NCBI RefSeq assembly: GCF_008831285.2
Contig: NC_045138.2
Coordinates: forward strand, 14,880,001-14,944,000
Origin: Nymphaea colorata
Taxonomy: Eukaryota
Length of the DNA stretch: 64,000 nucleotides
Direction of reading: 5' to 3'
Part shown: positions 22,782 to 38,077 of the stretch, in pieces
Numbering within the stretch: position 1 is the first letter of the stretch
Layout: the number at the start of each line of letters is the position of its first letter
Made by a program: the position numbers and the translations under genes
Notes under the pieces: model-generated
Databases searched by the model: none
Seen by the model: the letters and a program-made list of their open reading frames with translations, nothing else
Told to the model about the DNA's origin: nothing

Positions 22782-25594
22782 ATCTGAAAACTATAGAATA
22801 ATAATCAAGAAGCAAGACAAATAAACGTCTGTAAAAAATTATAGTCTTGATTTGCATTTTCACAACAATAAATATAATGCATGAATTTATAGAAAAGGCG
22901 CTTGCTTATGAGCATGGCACTTGCATTCATGAGGGATTTGTTGTATGATGCCTTCATCATTCCTTTTTTTTTTTTCCGTTTTACCAATTTTTTTACTGCC
23001 TCCAAGTCTGCAAACGCTCGTGTGCCTGTTTTAGAATGTAAGGATTGATGAATGTACACACACACATATAGTCATGAGTTTCGTGTTTCCTCCTTTCGGT
23101 AGTTTGGGTGGTTCATCTTTTTTTGTACCAGTTCTTTATCTGCCGGCAATACAGGTCAGCTCCCACCGTTAAAAAAAAAAAAAAGAAAAGGAATTTTCAC
23201 AAGTGGCAAAGAAACCAACCAAGCTTCATCATTCGTTTATAGCTATCAAACTAAGAAATTTTTAGTCTAAAAATCAGGTGCATCATTTTATAAGGCCGCA
23301 GTAAAAAGAATAGTTTCTTGTTGCAGAAACAAGGAGTATCTACTAGTTGCTCAAAGGATGAACAGGACAAGGCATGGAAAACATGTACCTTTTCGCTCAT
23401 CGTAATAAAATGTAATGAACGTGAAACAAATTGTTTCATGGCTTGACGCGTGGTCGACTCATAAAAAACTCAGTAAGATTTGTAAACAAGCTGGGAAATG
23501 CTGAAGGCGAATCGATTACAGGTGGTTTAGCTTGGTTCTGCACAATGGGCTTGTTATATAAAGGATAAAAAAATGTAGGTATATTCTGCATCACATGTTA
23601 TAGCACAGGATGAATGGTTTAAGTATTTGACTTGCAGCAGATAGATTTATTTATTTATTTCATTGGCCATACCAAGACTCTCCTCGTGATCAGCCACACA
23701 TTGCATGCTTCTGAGTAATAAAATCCTTGAAGCGCCTGCTCTTTACCGCGGATCACATTCAGCAGCTTTGACTTAGTGGCAAGGAATAATTGTTATTTAG
23801 CTTTGAACTTATTAACTTGGTGACCCTCATCGGTTACGTTTACAGAAATTCATGGACCATTTTGGGAACCAATTGATTCAAATATTCAACTCCTGTTTAC
23901 TTCAGCATTTCACTGTGACTGACCAATCTCATCCCACCTCAACAGATGTAAAATGAAAAAAGAAAAGCATGCGCCTTTTTCAGCTTTTTCAACTCGATCT
24001 TGTCACGAATTTGAACTCAAGATGCTCAAACTTTTTTAGATCATCCTGATTATGAAGAAAACTCGCCTTCATCTTCCTGATCTGATGCACCCCATCTAAT
24101 AACTGTAATAGTCCCCAATTTGTGTCTGTGATGATCTTCTGTGGTGAAAAGAAATACCTATTGTTACCAACCAAATGGTATTCTTTATTACCGCACGTAA
24201 GTTCCTTACCACTCGAGAAAATTGCTGCAGGAAGTTAGTTTTCGTCGGTGAAATATTTCGAAGTTCTGATTCTTATCCAAAATCAAGGATTGGTACCTGA
24301 AGCGCCATGTCCACAAAATCAAGCTTGTTTTAGCAAGAGAGAGAAGATGGGACATCAACTGATGTTGGCCTCAGCTGGTGATAGCAAGTCTGGGGAAATG
24401 GACATCAGTGGCTCTTTAGGTCATTTCTAGTGCTCTTTGCTATAAAAGAGAAGAAGATCAGGACCATCCTCAAATTTGCCACTCTTCGGAACCATGAAAA
24501 AGGAATAGGGGCTACACTAGTTGTTAGGTAATGCAAAATGGTCCCATATGGTTTTAAATATTTCATCAATTCGCTCAAGATTTCGTATATTTAGCAGATC
24601 GAGATAAGACCCATTTATATCCGCAGCAGGTGTGACCACATGGTCAATAGAAAGTGGTAAAACTTGAAAAGATGCAAACAAGATTCATTTTTTTACCATG
24701 GATTTCTTTCTGAGATCACAAAACAATTGCATGAATATACATGATGCTATCAGACTGGTTAATTGAGATAAAGAGTTGAAGGGACGAACCGTCGTTTTCA
24801 GGTGAAAAACAGACAGACATACATGCAGTACCTACAATTATACACAAACAAGACATTTGAGGTGACAAGAAAATGGACAAGAAGAGACGTTCTGGACAGG
24901 ACCAGCTTGATCCGTGAAACTCCTATTTCTTTCCTCAATTTGTACTGACATAGGCTTGATCAGTGACAATGGGAAGGTTCCTTCTTTAGTAAAGGATGTG
25001 TGGATGAATGATTAGAACAACAAAATTGATTGTCACGGAAGCTGAGATTTTCACCTCTTATAGGACCATCTGGAGAATTGAGGAACTCATACTAATGTAA
25101 CCCAAGAGACGCGGGCTGGTGGAGCGGGCAGTCGTAGTTCCAAGGCGATGACTCCTTCGTTTGGAAGTGAGAAGAAGTGGCTACTTGGTTTTACGCACCT
25201 AAGGGAGCATTTTATAACAGGAATGTGTATTCTTTGGGATGCAATGTTCCATGAATCTATTCCTATTACCAAACGGCAATATCTCTTACTTAAATTGAAG
25301 TTCTTGTCAGTAAAACCAAAGAAAAACCTCCTAGTAAACCCATTTGCAGGCCTACTCACCTAACTGAATGCGATTGTCAATGTCATAATCAAATTCCAAG
25401 GATATCTCTTCACACATTTATGAAGATGGAATAAGGTCCAAACAGGAAAATTGATGTTTCATTACTGATCACAAAGTTTCATCTTCGTCCGGAAACTAAT
25501 GTCCATTTCAATCTACTCAATATTACAGATAACTTCCAAGCCGTAACTTTCAGATATAAAAGCATAGTTGAAAAGGAGGATCTTGTTGTTCAAA

Positions 25595-25746
25595 GGGGTC
25601 GTTTGGCAATAGTAACCGTTTGTTACTGTTATATATAGTCGTCCCAATGGTTGGGGCAAGTTCACAAAATGCGATGCCATAATATTTCATGATCTTCTGC
25701 AATTTTTGGAGTAGATTTATAAAACATTCAATCGCCAAACGATCCC
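25595..25746. mobile_element. Tourist-like MITE
   Basis: TIRs GGGGTCGTTTGGCAAT / ATCGCCAAACGATCCC, about 150 bp. Confidence 0.65.
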
Positions 25747-25828
25747 AATATCTTCCCCTCTCTTTGAAAGTTGGGCAGATGAGCATTATTCAGTAGTTTT
25801 GGTTTGGGGCTATTGATTGTCACCCTCT

Positions 25829-25870
<42 letters not shown>

Positions 25871-28800
25871 TCATACAAAGGGCCATGGATATTGGTAGGA
25901 GTGAACAGAATCGACTGATTTTGACTTCGTGGGCATTCACAGTTTGGTAGGGAAAACGTATCTCTGTTTATGTTCTTTTACATGAAAAAAATAAAAGTGG
26001 GAGCTGTGAAAATAACTCTGAAAATTTCACACTGTTCATTTGATTTTTCATATCATCGAGGACCCAACTCCTGTCTGTAGTTTGCACCAACCAAAACCTG
26101 TTTCTGAGTAAAAAAGTACAGAAAATATCTTTTACTCCAGTACAAGTATACAACATATCAGCAGAGATTCAAGTTTCATTGCATCAATGAGTTTTATTGA
26201 GGATCATCAACCATTCAGAAAGCAACAGTCCACTGCTCAACCATTTGGACCAAATTATGGAGAAAGTGACAGAAAATAGATGGCTCCAAAACCCGCCTTA
26301 GCTAGCTGGTTTCGAACAGCAAAAAAGACGAGGCTCCCAGAGGTTGAAAGAAACCAGTTCAACAAGAAAGAAATACCACCAACTGAAATCTGCCGAGAAG
26401 GCTATCCAGCACTTTCACCTGCAATTCTTTTCTCTTTCTCCATGGAAGAGAAACCAGTTTTATTAGGAACTGGAGTTTATAACAGGACGAGCGTAAGGAT
26501 CTAATTAACTATCTGCATTGCATTATTACTACATGAATGGACACAACAGCTGTATTGATTGCCCTTCTTTAAATGCACCTTTCTATAGTTGCTGACAGAT
26601 AATATCACACGGAGCCAAATGACATTGCACCCATACAATGGGTGAAAGAACATTTATTTCTTGTTATAGAAGTGGAAATTAATGGTAAGATACGATTTTC
26701 ATTGAGCAACACATTCATCTTCATCTGTTCTCCTATTGGTTTGCAGTTGGTATTAAATCTTGAGGTCCCCCTGCTTGAGAGGATCTACCTAGCTGCACCG
26801 TCCTTGATCTCAGCACAATCTATGTAATCAAATCGAACTTCAAATTTAGTCAAGACGGTAGGTGGCATTCACATTGCAATTCAATTTTTAACGCCAACGT
26901 TGCAAATATCAGTGTCCGCTCGTGGCTACTACTAATATGAATTGGGATGGATTGGCCCGTTTGTCAATCTCTGTCTATACTACATGAAAAAGTTAGCATA
27001 GATATAAGTTAAGCTAATTGTAAAAATTTAGACATGTTTATGAGTCATATTAGCAAGTCATATGACTATTAAATTGTAACCGTAAAAGGAATAAGTTAGA
27101 TGTTGCAATAAATGAAATAACTTCTAAAAATCTTTGCACATGGTTGATGAAAACATCATATCTGAGGTCCAACAAAGGCATCAAAATTTACCATTTTTTT
27201 TTACAACAATTATATTCAATATTTTCTTTGATGGTGGAAAACACAAAGTAGAGATCATATCAAGATTAAGCCTAAAAAAAAAGAAAAAAAGAAAGAAGGT
27301 TGCAGTTCAGGCCGCCGAAATCTTGATAGCCCCACCTATGTATGGGACATTATTTCTTGTCTGACACAGCCATGTGTCGGCCGGGGGTGGGCGGAGCTCT
27401 GCCATCCTGGCATTTCTTGTCCATGAATGCTCCTCCAAGTGGGAGGTCCCCATTGGCCTCTCACAGAGGAAAGGGCACATGATCCAAGAGAATGTTCACC
27501 TCACCATGGGCTGTACTAACTATTTAGGGGATTATAGTCCATGGCTAGTGCCATTGTGCTTACATATGGTTGATTAATGGCCCCCTCCACTTTCTTTGAT
27601 GTTAAATGTTCAAGATTCAATTAGGGTAGGCAATAGAACCAAGTAGATTGCCGCATGGCTCACGAAAGTCGGGTTGATGTTTATCTAGAAAAGCATGAAC
27701 AAGCTGGTTTGGGCACACTTATCGATGCATACAAGTTGAATATAAGCAAAAGAACATTGATCCACATTAATTCACTTTAACTTTGAGGAGCTAGTCTCAA
27801 CTCCCCTCTTTTGAGTTCCTTTTCTTTACCTAGGCCTAGAATATATCCAAAGTATAATTCTAAGGGGGTTGGTATAATGGTTGGGGCGGGGGTCAGTAGG
27901 TAGCTGGTTTTCATTTCAAATTTCAGTGACATCAATCCTCTCTGTGCTACAAAAAGGAGGCCACCCATGTGCAAGCTTAAGCACTGCGGGAACGACACCC
28001 TGAGGTGCTGGAAGCAGACATTGTACCCTTTTGCCTTTTGGGATATGAGGTTTGCTAGAGGTTTCGGCTTCTGCCAAGTGGTGGAAAACCCCGTTCACCC
28101 AAAATATAATATAGTATATATCTAAAATTAGTCACAAAAAGCCTGTGAAATAGTTGTGAAACGACAAAAATATTGGTACATTTACTTTTTTGGAAACTAA
28201 ATATATATGTGAACGTAAAAATTTAAAAAGAAAATAATAAAGTAGTTGAAAAATAATAAGAAATGAACAACTTGTGACATGTGACACCTGGTATGCCATG
28301 GACACTGCTCTATGAGTTAACTTGCGGCTATTTTACTCCAAAATAAAGACAAGCTATCTTGGTGGAACTTAATTTTTTGCAAAATGAGCTTTGGTTAAAC
28401 TGAGATATTGGTTGTATTGAGGCTACAATTTTATGTAAGCCGGTTAATCTATATGTCTTCCTGCTAGGAATTTTACTCATACAACACGGATGCGTAGTTG
28501 CACACATATCTGCATAAGCACGTATATCTTTTTTTTGTTATGTGCATAATATTGACATATTCACTTTAATAACGCATATCATTTTTTTTTTGGGAAAAAA
28601 GAAAGCTTAAGCAAGTTAAACGTCTAAAAACAGTAGGAACAGGCGAAAGATTACCAGGGACCATTCTCTAGCAGGAATGCCAATCATGAATTGAATTCAT
28701 ATCCAATATTCAATTGAACTAATAAGTGTAACACTTGGACCAGTAATTTGATTTGGTTGCAAATATGCATCGACGACAGTCTGACATGGTCGTATCCGAT

Positions 28801-30193
28801 ATTTGGATCCAGCAATACTGGTGGGCAGCTAGTGGTTGGATCGGGAACTATTAATGCCATTGATTAATCTAGAATAAAGATAGAAGATTCCAGACTGGAC
28901 CAAAATCATGGAACCCGAGACTCACGAATGACCTCAAGACCCAAACAGCGAATTCAATTTTCTAAACTAAGACCTGACATCCAGAGTTTGACATGGATGC
29001 AGGCATTGAATATTCAGGTTCAGTTTGACTTTACATAAAAAAAAAAAAGAAGTTATGTTCTTATCAATTAGATCAAGTTTCTGGGTTTGGCTCAGGTGGT
29101 GAGACCGAATACCACATCCCGAACCAATTTGATGCCTGATCCTGTTGTTCTACCATTCCATCTAAGTAGAAAATTTTACTTCATTGAAATGGATGATCAA
29201 ACCTTTGTATTTTGAATGTTTTTGGCATTTGTTTGGAGTAAATAAGCCTCCAGAGAGAAATTGGTAACTTCTCTAGAAAGTATAGAAGGATTCTACTACC
29301 TCATTTTTTCACACACACATATATATATACATATCGATAATTCTTAATGGGCTTAAACAATAGTGTCTAATTCCTCAAAATCTTTTGTCCCAATTCATAT
29401 TCTTTTTGAGGAAACAAGATAAAGCAAGGGCAGGGTAAGATCCACCATACCGGACATTTAGGTCAATTTTGGGCCGAGCCATTACATCTTCAACCGAACA
29501 ACATGGTTTACATCATAATCATCGGTCCCCTTCGTTATATATATGCATATAAACTGTCATGTAACAGATCACTTGATGGAATCAGCTACGCATTGATTTC
29601 AAGGAGATCATAAGGTGGAGATTAAGTTTCAAATATAAAAGCTAAATTGTTTTTCAAAGAGTCCAAAATACTCATCAAATGAGACAATGAGTTTTATTTA
29701 AGAAACTCATTTGTTTCTTATGTCTCTCTCTCTTTCTCCCCCCTCCTTTGAAGGGTAGTTTATAGTCTTGAAAAGATAATTTAAGTTTCATATTTGCAAC
29801 TTAATTAATTTCCATTATATGATCTCATTGAAATCAATGACCTAGGTAATTCACATCAAAGTTTAGTATATGAGCGTTTGCTAGCTACCTGTTTTCACAC
29901 ACACACACAGGCATATAGTGATAGAATCATGCCTTTGAGGTTAATATTTATGGTTCAAATCTCACGGACATCATTCCTTGAACAAGCCAACGCTAAGTGT
30001 ACCAGTTCTAGTCGTGGATGACTGATAGAGATTTAGTAAGAGGTTCTTGTCAACTAAACATGATTTAGCCAGCAGGGCCAATTGGGCTCAGGACTATCTC
30101 CAATTTAGGGCTAGGGACCTGCCTGGCTCCAATCCTGAATTCATCTGGAACCAGACCCAGACGTGACATCTAAAGGGTCAACCAAATTGTATG

Positions 30194-30352
30194 GGGGGCG
30201 GACGGAGCCAAGAATTTTTCATGAAGGGGCTGAAATATAGTTTCAAAACTTTGACTAGGGCCGAAACATCATTTTTTAAAATTTTTATATAGAATAAATG
30301 AAAATTTTTTATTTTTTTTATTTTTTTTTTTTGGGGGGGGGGGGGGGGGGCT
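30194..30352. mobile_element. Harbinger-like MITE fragment (GGCGGAGCCA-type terminus)
   Basis: GGGCGGACGGAGCCAAGAATTTTT...; related ends at ~43472 (GCGGAGCCAAAAG) and ~47511 (TGGCTCCACCAC). Confidence 0.5.
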
Positions 30353-31993
30353 CATAAAATCTAACATATAGACATCAAACTTTCATTATTTCTTTTTTCA
30401 AAATTTTAGATTTTGGACTACAAGAAATATGTATGCATACAAATAAAAGTAGCGCAGATTTTATGGACCATTGAAACGATCGAAAAAGTTAGGGTTAGGC
30501 AGGATTCTTTCAGCCGCGGAAGAGCACCCCAATTATGGAGCTCTGTCTCTTGTCCGCATGTATTTATCCGGCGTTACATTTTTTTGCTTCCGAACATGAG
30601 ACTTTAGATCAGAACGGATCCGTCTTCGGAAAAACCGGTAAAGGGTATATTTAATATTTAGGTCTCTATCACGTGCCCTGAGACAGCTCATCCACGACAT
30701 TCTGTCACTGGGAGGTTGTCTCCGGGACACTCCCTCTCCACTCTGGCAAACACCTGATGTGAACCAAAAGCAAAGATTGGACGTCTTTGATTGCTATTGA
30801 TTTCGGACGTACAATTTTGTTAATAACGTCACGAATTCAAAACCCAAGGGACGTCATTGCTGCATGGTCTGTAGATGCATGCCAAGTTGGTCCAGTCATT
30901 ATTATCACATTCACTTAGTCACATGATTTCTTGTATATATAGTTCAAAAGTACGTGTCTTAACATTTTGTGTTTTGGTGTTTTTTCTTTTATTATTTTAA
31001 AACTATTTGATCATGTCTAACATAATCAGGGTTGGCATAATAGACAAAACAAAGGTCAAGGGTTGATAAGCGATCATTTTTTTTTTTCGAATTCTTGGTC
31101 TGTAGAACTCTCGGAGATACCGATATACAAGTAAAAGAGCTATTAAACATCAAAAACATGTTTAGTTCCTCTAAAAAATGAAGAAAAGGATGTGATCTCC
31201 AGCTCGAGCAGTAAAATAAAATACTAGTTGTATGCACCCGGGGAAAGAGCAAGATAAGATGTGACTTTCAAACATAAGAAAACGAGATTCTCATTATGAG
31301 AGTTTTCTTTCTTTACTGACAAACAAACAGTAGAGGTGTGATTTCACGACCAAAGATACACAACATGACACAAATCATATTCACATGTGTAAATGGAATT
31401 TCACGGGCCGGCAATGTTGAACCATTCATTATTATATCTTTATTAGATTCAAGTTGGTTGTTACAAGGTTTTTCAATAATAAAAACAATATTTAGTTAGC
31501 TTTAGTGAAAAATATACGAAACTTTTCATAGTTTAATTTCCAGATCGTCCTTGTCTTTTTGTTTGCGTTCATAATCATCCTTTATCACTTTGGTTAGGTG
31601 TGGGAATTTGTATTATTCAATTTGACATGGGCATAAAGGATCAACTTGACCAAGTTAAAATAATAAAAGATGAGAATGAAAGACGGGCAATAGTTTAGGA
31701 CTATTATGGATATTTTTTTTTTCCTTAAAATTGTTCGAAAAATTTTCAAGCCTCTAATTGGACCTTAAAGATACATATATTGAAAATTTGAATGGTGACT
31801 TTAGCTTTTTAGAGACGCACTGATATTTAATTAGGGTTGTCTGATACATCATAATGGCCGAATAAAAGCAAAACAAGAAGAAAAAAGGTGATGTGCATTT
31901 TGATAATTTAACGTCAATTCCTACCTTTTAATCTATGTTTTTTTCTCAACCATTTAATTGCATCTGATTAATGACCTTAGTTACATGATTAGG

Positions 31994-32107
<114 letters not shown>

Positions 32108-33356
32108 TCAAAAAGTGCGACCAGTTAACCCATCCTGCTGCCATTCCCTTGGACCCGACCTCTACTTGAATATTGCTTTTCTAGAGAACTAGTATTGACA
32201 GAACCAGCGCGCAGTAGACCATATTGAATGGATAGGCATTTTCAGTTCATTAATATTTTAAAATATGTGCCAATTAATTTTTATTAAGTGAAAAAATAAA
32301 AGATTATTCGATATGGCCAAACGCATATTAATGGTGATACATATTGCTTTTCCAGATTTCTAATATGAGATGTGGAAACCGATATCTCAACATTGCTAGA
32401 AACAAAGACATCATCAGTACCCATGTAGTTTAACGATAGAATTATCACGGGTTCTGACATTGTTATTTGATATTTGATTCAAATTAATTAAATTCCAGTC
32501 CATATTGCGTTTGTTAAGAAAGTATATGCACATAAGAATAATCGTCGAGTATTCAAATATTGCAGAGCAATATTTAAGCTGAATCCAATTCGTTAACATC
32601 TGTGCAGCATGCATTTGCATAAGGATGCAAATTAATGGGCTGGATGTGTTCAATCAACAGTGCAAATCCAAGTTATTTTCTTTAGATTCCTCTGAAAATT
32701 GAATATAAATTATAGGTCTTTAAGTAGTAGCCCTAAACCCGAAGACCGAAGGGAAAGGTGAAAGGAATTTAGAGTTACATTCAGGCTTTGCAAGTTGTCC
32801 CTTTAACATTTCCACAATCAGTTGACTTCATTTGTTTCACAAATTATTTAAATGGTGGGTGCTCGAAAAAGAAATATATATTGCTAGATGTTTTTTATCA
32901 GAATAATAATTTACCAAGTTATGTAAGTACTTTTGAAGGGTATTTTGATCTCTTAAAAATAGCAAGGTTTTGTATATTAACAACTTAATCTCTAACAATC
33001 TTATTTGTTTAGAATCAACGGCTCGGTTCCCATTCCCCTTACTTCAGAAACCTATTAGGTTGATCGAATATTACTTCAGAAACCAGTTTGCATTATTATC
33101 ACATTTACTTGGCACATGATTTTATTGTATAGGTAGTTCAAAATACATGCCTTAACTTTATGTGTTTTGTTTTTTTTTTTTTTAAGACAGTTTGAAGGAG
33201 TCACTTCGTTGGATAAAATATATACATAGGTTATTCGATAAATAAGAAGCACATGATTTCAAGTGGGAGAAAGAAAATCACGAGTAGAAGAGCCAATGCT
33301 AAACAACAAAATGATATTGAAATTAAGACTATAAAGCCTCTCTCTTTCTCTCTCTC

Positions 33357-33391
<35 letters not shown>

Positions 33392-34350
33392 GCCAAATAC
33401 CAACTTAGCCTTCATAATGTCACCCATAATTTCAAGCTTAATATTATTCAATACGATCAAGATAACACCCTCTAAAATTTGAAATGTGGATGTGGGGGTA
33501 TTACCTTCTAAGATTTTAGATATGAAAACGTGGCTATAACACGCCATTCAACCCAACCTGTTGCGCTACCCGTCACTTGTTAGATTGAGCGAATGGATAT
33601 AGAAGGACTCCTCCATTAAGAGGCCAGCGTCATTTAAGGCGATCTTGGTGGAAGACTTAGTTATTAATCCAACTCTATACTTGACACTGTGATCAACGAT
33701 ACGCCATTTCTGCATACAAACCAATGCCTGTCATGGAGGGACTCTTTCCTTTCTGATATATAGAGAGAGAGAGTTTCTGAGTCAACTGGATTCGTCAAGA
33801 TGTGAGGGACGACTCGGCTTTCAGTCCAGACAAATTCTCATCTTCATCAAGAGCTTTGTCACCGTCTCCTTTAGCCATCGTGAGCGTGCGGAAGAAGCCT
33901 CAATCGACGACTTGGAAGTCGAGGAGGATGGTGCAGAAGAATAAATCAATTACAGAAGCCAGTAATGGCCAAGAAGAATGGAAAAAGGATTTGAACAGAA
34001 GTGGTCAAAAACTGCCGCCTTACATTTGCTGCGGCAGCAGCAGGACAGGACTTATTCCAATTCAAACAGCTACAGCAGATTTACAGAAGGAGAAGAAGCT
34101 GTCTTTGATCAATGGAAGAGAATCATCATCTTTATAATGAAACTGACTTCATGACTAAGCGTCCTTTAAATAAGTTAACGATGCGGAACCAAAAACAGCC
34201 CAAAAAGTCATGCACCTCCATAAATGGAGGCTGTCATTCCTTGTTGGCTGCCGCAGTTGCCTCAGTCACGTTGCCTACAGTCATTTTCTAATAATACAGT
34301 TGGATATATATATATATATACATGAGAAAGAGAGAGAGTAGTATTTAGAA

Positions 34351-34526
34351 TGACTCAACCATCTAACAAATGATGTTCATTTAAAATAAATAAAAAGTTG
34401 AAAGAAAAACAAAAAAAAAGTATAAAGTAATACTAAATTATGAAAATACTCATCAACTTTTCTTTTGTTTTTTTAAATATTTATCATGTTGGATGAAACA
34501 AACCTAATTAGATGGTTGGGCTGTCA
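34351..34526. mobile_element. AT-rich fold-back MITE
   Basis: Inverted repeat TCAACCATCTAA / TTAGATGGTTGG with an A-rich left half and T-rich right half. Confidence 0.45.
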
Positions 34527-35498
34527 GTTTTAATAAGATCACAAAGTGGATAATAAATTGAAAAAATTAAAAAATCAAACCCTCATTTTTAGGAGATCTA
34601 AACACCTCTCAAATGAGGAAACAAATGAGTTTCCTTACTAAAGATCCTTGCCTTTTTTGAGGGATCTTTCAATATCTTAAAAATACAATTAGGCTTTCAC
34701 TTTTTTTTGTCTTAATTTCTATCATCCGTTATTCTTAAAATCAACGAATATATATGCGGTATATATATACTCCTTGTGTAGAGTAAAATAAGGCAAAGCT
34801 AAATCAAATAATATAAATGCCTTTTGCAGGTGATAATAAGTTATCATGTTCAGTCAAGTTCAAAGATTCATTGATGCCGGAAGCAATCAATGACGTGAAG
34901 GAACATGCGGAGATAAATAAATTAATGGCATCACAAGTAATCATATCTAAAAAATACTTGGAACCTTCCCGTAATTACCAGTAATTAAGGTTTTTTAAAA
35001 TGACGGTCTGTCAGAATGAGTGACGGTGCTACAGTTCCATCGTAGTCAAGCGCATATAATAATTGGGAAAAATTATTCAAATCGTAACTGATATATCTCG
35101 ATACTTCGTTTTCTAATATATCAATAACACTCGCGCCTGGGCATGGGGTCCACCTGGCTAGCCTGACATCCAAAAACCAGGTTTGGGAGGTTTGGGTCTG
35201 GCCGATTAAATTTAAAAATATATTTTAATATAAAATAATACATAAATATAATATATATATATATAATCGGACTTATCAAGCCTGCCGAATACCTCTTTCC
35301 TAGGCCCAAGTACCCGGGAGCAGCTCTGCCCGATCCCAACCTTATTGAGAGTCTATTATGTAAGAGAGAGAGAATATGGAGAGAGAAAGTTCATATATAT
35401 ATATATATATAAAAGTTTAAAGGTATACATTAGGTCAAGTCAAGCCCTCCATACCCAGCTCAAGCTGGCCCATGTAGTGAATAGTCGGTCGGTCAAGG

Positions 35499-35502
<4 letters not shown>

Positions 35503-35584
<82 letters not shown>

Positions 35585-35728
35585 GGGAATGGTAATTTTA
35601 GTTATCCAGTATCACTTACTAATGAAAATTGTCCGTTTCAAAGTAACAAATAATTAAAAAAAGAGAAAATATGCATTATTTTTTATTCTTGTTATTGTTC
35701 ACCATCCATCATAATTGATGAGATAACT

Positions 35729-35774
<46 letters not shown>
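35503..35774. repeat. Two (TA)n arrays (35503-35580, 35731-35774) flanking a 150-bp insert
   Basis: Perfect TA runs directly abutting both sides of 35581-35730. Confidence 0.9.
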
Positions 35775-35775
<1 letters not shown>

Positions 35776-38077
35776 CATTGGCACTGTTTGAAAATATAAA
35801 TGACCAAAATGTCCTTCGTCAAAAAAGAAAAACTCCTCCAGCATAGGCGCAAAAGTGAAATGAGAAAAATTACCGCCCGTAAGTTGACAAAAATGGCTGG
35901 CTTCCTGGTTAAACCGTGTGAACACGACCTCCCATGTTACAGACATGACACGGAAAAATGCTCAAAGAATTGGGTTGGAGACGAAAGTTCAGACTGACGT
36001 CCTCAAACTACGCTTTAGTTTGGATTCAAAATTTTCTCCTGATAACGGTTGCGGTCTGTTCTAGTTAATAATCTAGATGGATTTGTATTTCTAAATATTG
36101 AAAACAGACGGTTCCAGTTAATTGGTCAACAGTCGACATTAAACAAAGAGGTGGCTTCAAGAATGAAGGTATGAACATGGAACATGCATGACAGCATTTA
36201 GCGGTGGCCGAAATTTTGAGTCCCGGACTGAGCTATCGAAGATCATAGCAAGGCAAGAAGAGAACTATTACATGATAAAAGACACGAAGGCAAGACTTTA
36301 AGAGAATACAACAGACCCAGAGTTCATGTGTTTCCAAGAGAAGAATTTGTAACAAAATTTGGATATAAAATAAATAAATATAGGGAAAAAAAAGATAGAA
36401 AAGTTGGTCAAAGTGGACCTCATGTTTATGCTCGCCCCTCTTATTCCGACGCGAATGGTTCAGAGAAACAATGATAAAGACCAGATGATGAAAAGTCTGA
36501 ATTTCTCAGAGCAGAGAGAGAGAGAATTGTTTCTTGATAAAAATCCATAATACCAATGATGTTAAAACATTTCTATGGAACTAACTAAAAGGAGAAAGCG
36601 TACACATAGAAACATCACACAAGACCCACAAATGCAGAATAAATTTGCAGATTTTAACACTTTTCAGATCGTTGCGTCAACTTAGAGTACACCGCATGGA
36701 GTACTGAACGTGGCCGGGGAAAAAATGACTACCCACCATTGCGGTTAAACTCTTGGTGCAGTAAAACCGTATTAATTGCCTTATATTTACCTTGGACAGA
36801 ATCGTGCTTGCGAGCAAGTTTATTGGTCAAAAAGTTTCTGCTGCCAGAAACACTAGATTTCACGAACTTCATCATGTTGTCCAATATTCTAACACAAGCT
36901 AACTTAACTGCAAATAAGCAGGATGTGATGTGAGGAGGCAGTTCTCCGGGTGGAAAATGACTTTGAAACAAGCAATCTCACATTTAAGATACTGATCAGA
37001 AAGCTTGATGACTGTATATGTGTGTGTGTGTGTGTGCAAATGCTTGTGTTTGTGTGTGATTATTGTTCTTTGACTCTGACAAGGTTCATAGCTAGATCTC
37101 TAGATACTTGAATTGAAACTGGAGAAGGTTTATGGTCCTCATTGTGAATGCTTGGCCAGTTTTGGGATCAGTCATCGTGATTGACGTCATATTCATGTTC
37201 AACTGATGAACCTAAGAATAAATAAATAAGAATGTATCTTGCTGATTATCTAGATTGTAATATTTCGAGTATGATATTGGTGTCTTGTGAGTATGACTAG
37301 CTACTTGGAAAGTATTAATATCAATCTTACATTAGCTCTTCATAACTCTTTCAAGTTGTCAAATAGAAGCTAGCTAGAGAAAGATCTGGAGGTTGGGATC
37401 TACTCCAGATAATCTTGATGCCGGTGATTCGACTCACCACTATGAGTGAAGCTTATAAACGATTAATTTTTGTGAATTCCAGGTGTGAAAGAATTGAAAG
37501 GGAAGGAGATGCCCTTAATTTTCTCTCTGGCATTCAACTAATGCACATGGATAGTCCAGTCCTTAATTGCGATGCCTGTTTAGTGGTAATTTAAATGGTA
37601 GTGGTTGGAAGTAGATTATAGCATAAAACGAGGGTCTGTGCTGTTGGTTTTTAGTCCACAGAGAGTTTCATTTTATGAGTGAGAGCCCTTGAGGTGGGCT
37701 GATTCAGAGTTCTCATAGCAAATTAAGAACAAGGAAAGTCTACCTTTTGCATGTACCTTACATATAGAAGGGGTTTGTCTATGATGGAGACAATTGCCCA
37801 CTAAAGTCAGCCTACTATATACCACCTTTCACAACTAGAACTTATAATGTTCATTTATGACTTCAGCAGGTGAATAGATCATTTTCTAATCATCAATGAA
37901 GATGTGTGTATGTTTGAGTTAGAGAGAGAGAGAAAGAGAGAGAGCAGCTTGGTGCAGGTTTCTCATGGATTTGAAATTTTTGGATTCCATATGCACCTCA
38001 AGCAACATGTGTAATTTGTAATTTGAGTCATTTTGAGTTTGAAAATTTGCAAACTAATTAAGTTGGTTCTCAAGCTG

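Noticed and set aside
30120..30131. TGCCTGGCTCC, the 5' half of miR160
   Set aside because: 3' half diverges and there is no hairpin.
37945..37960. GCTTGGTGCAGGT, a partial match to miR168
   Set aside because: Only about 13 nt match and no complementary star arm nearby.
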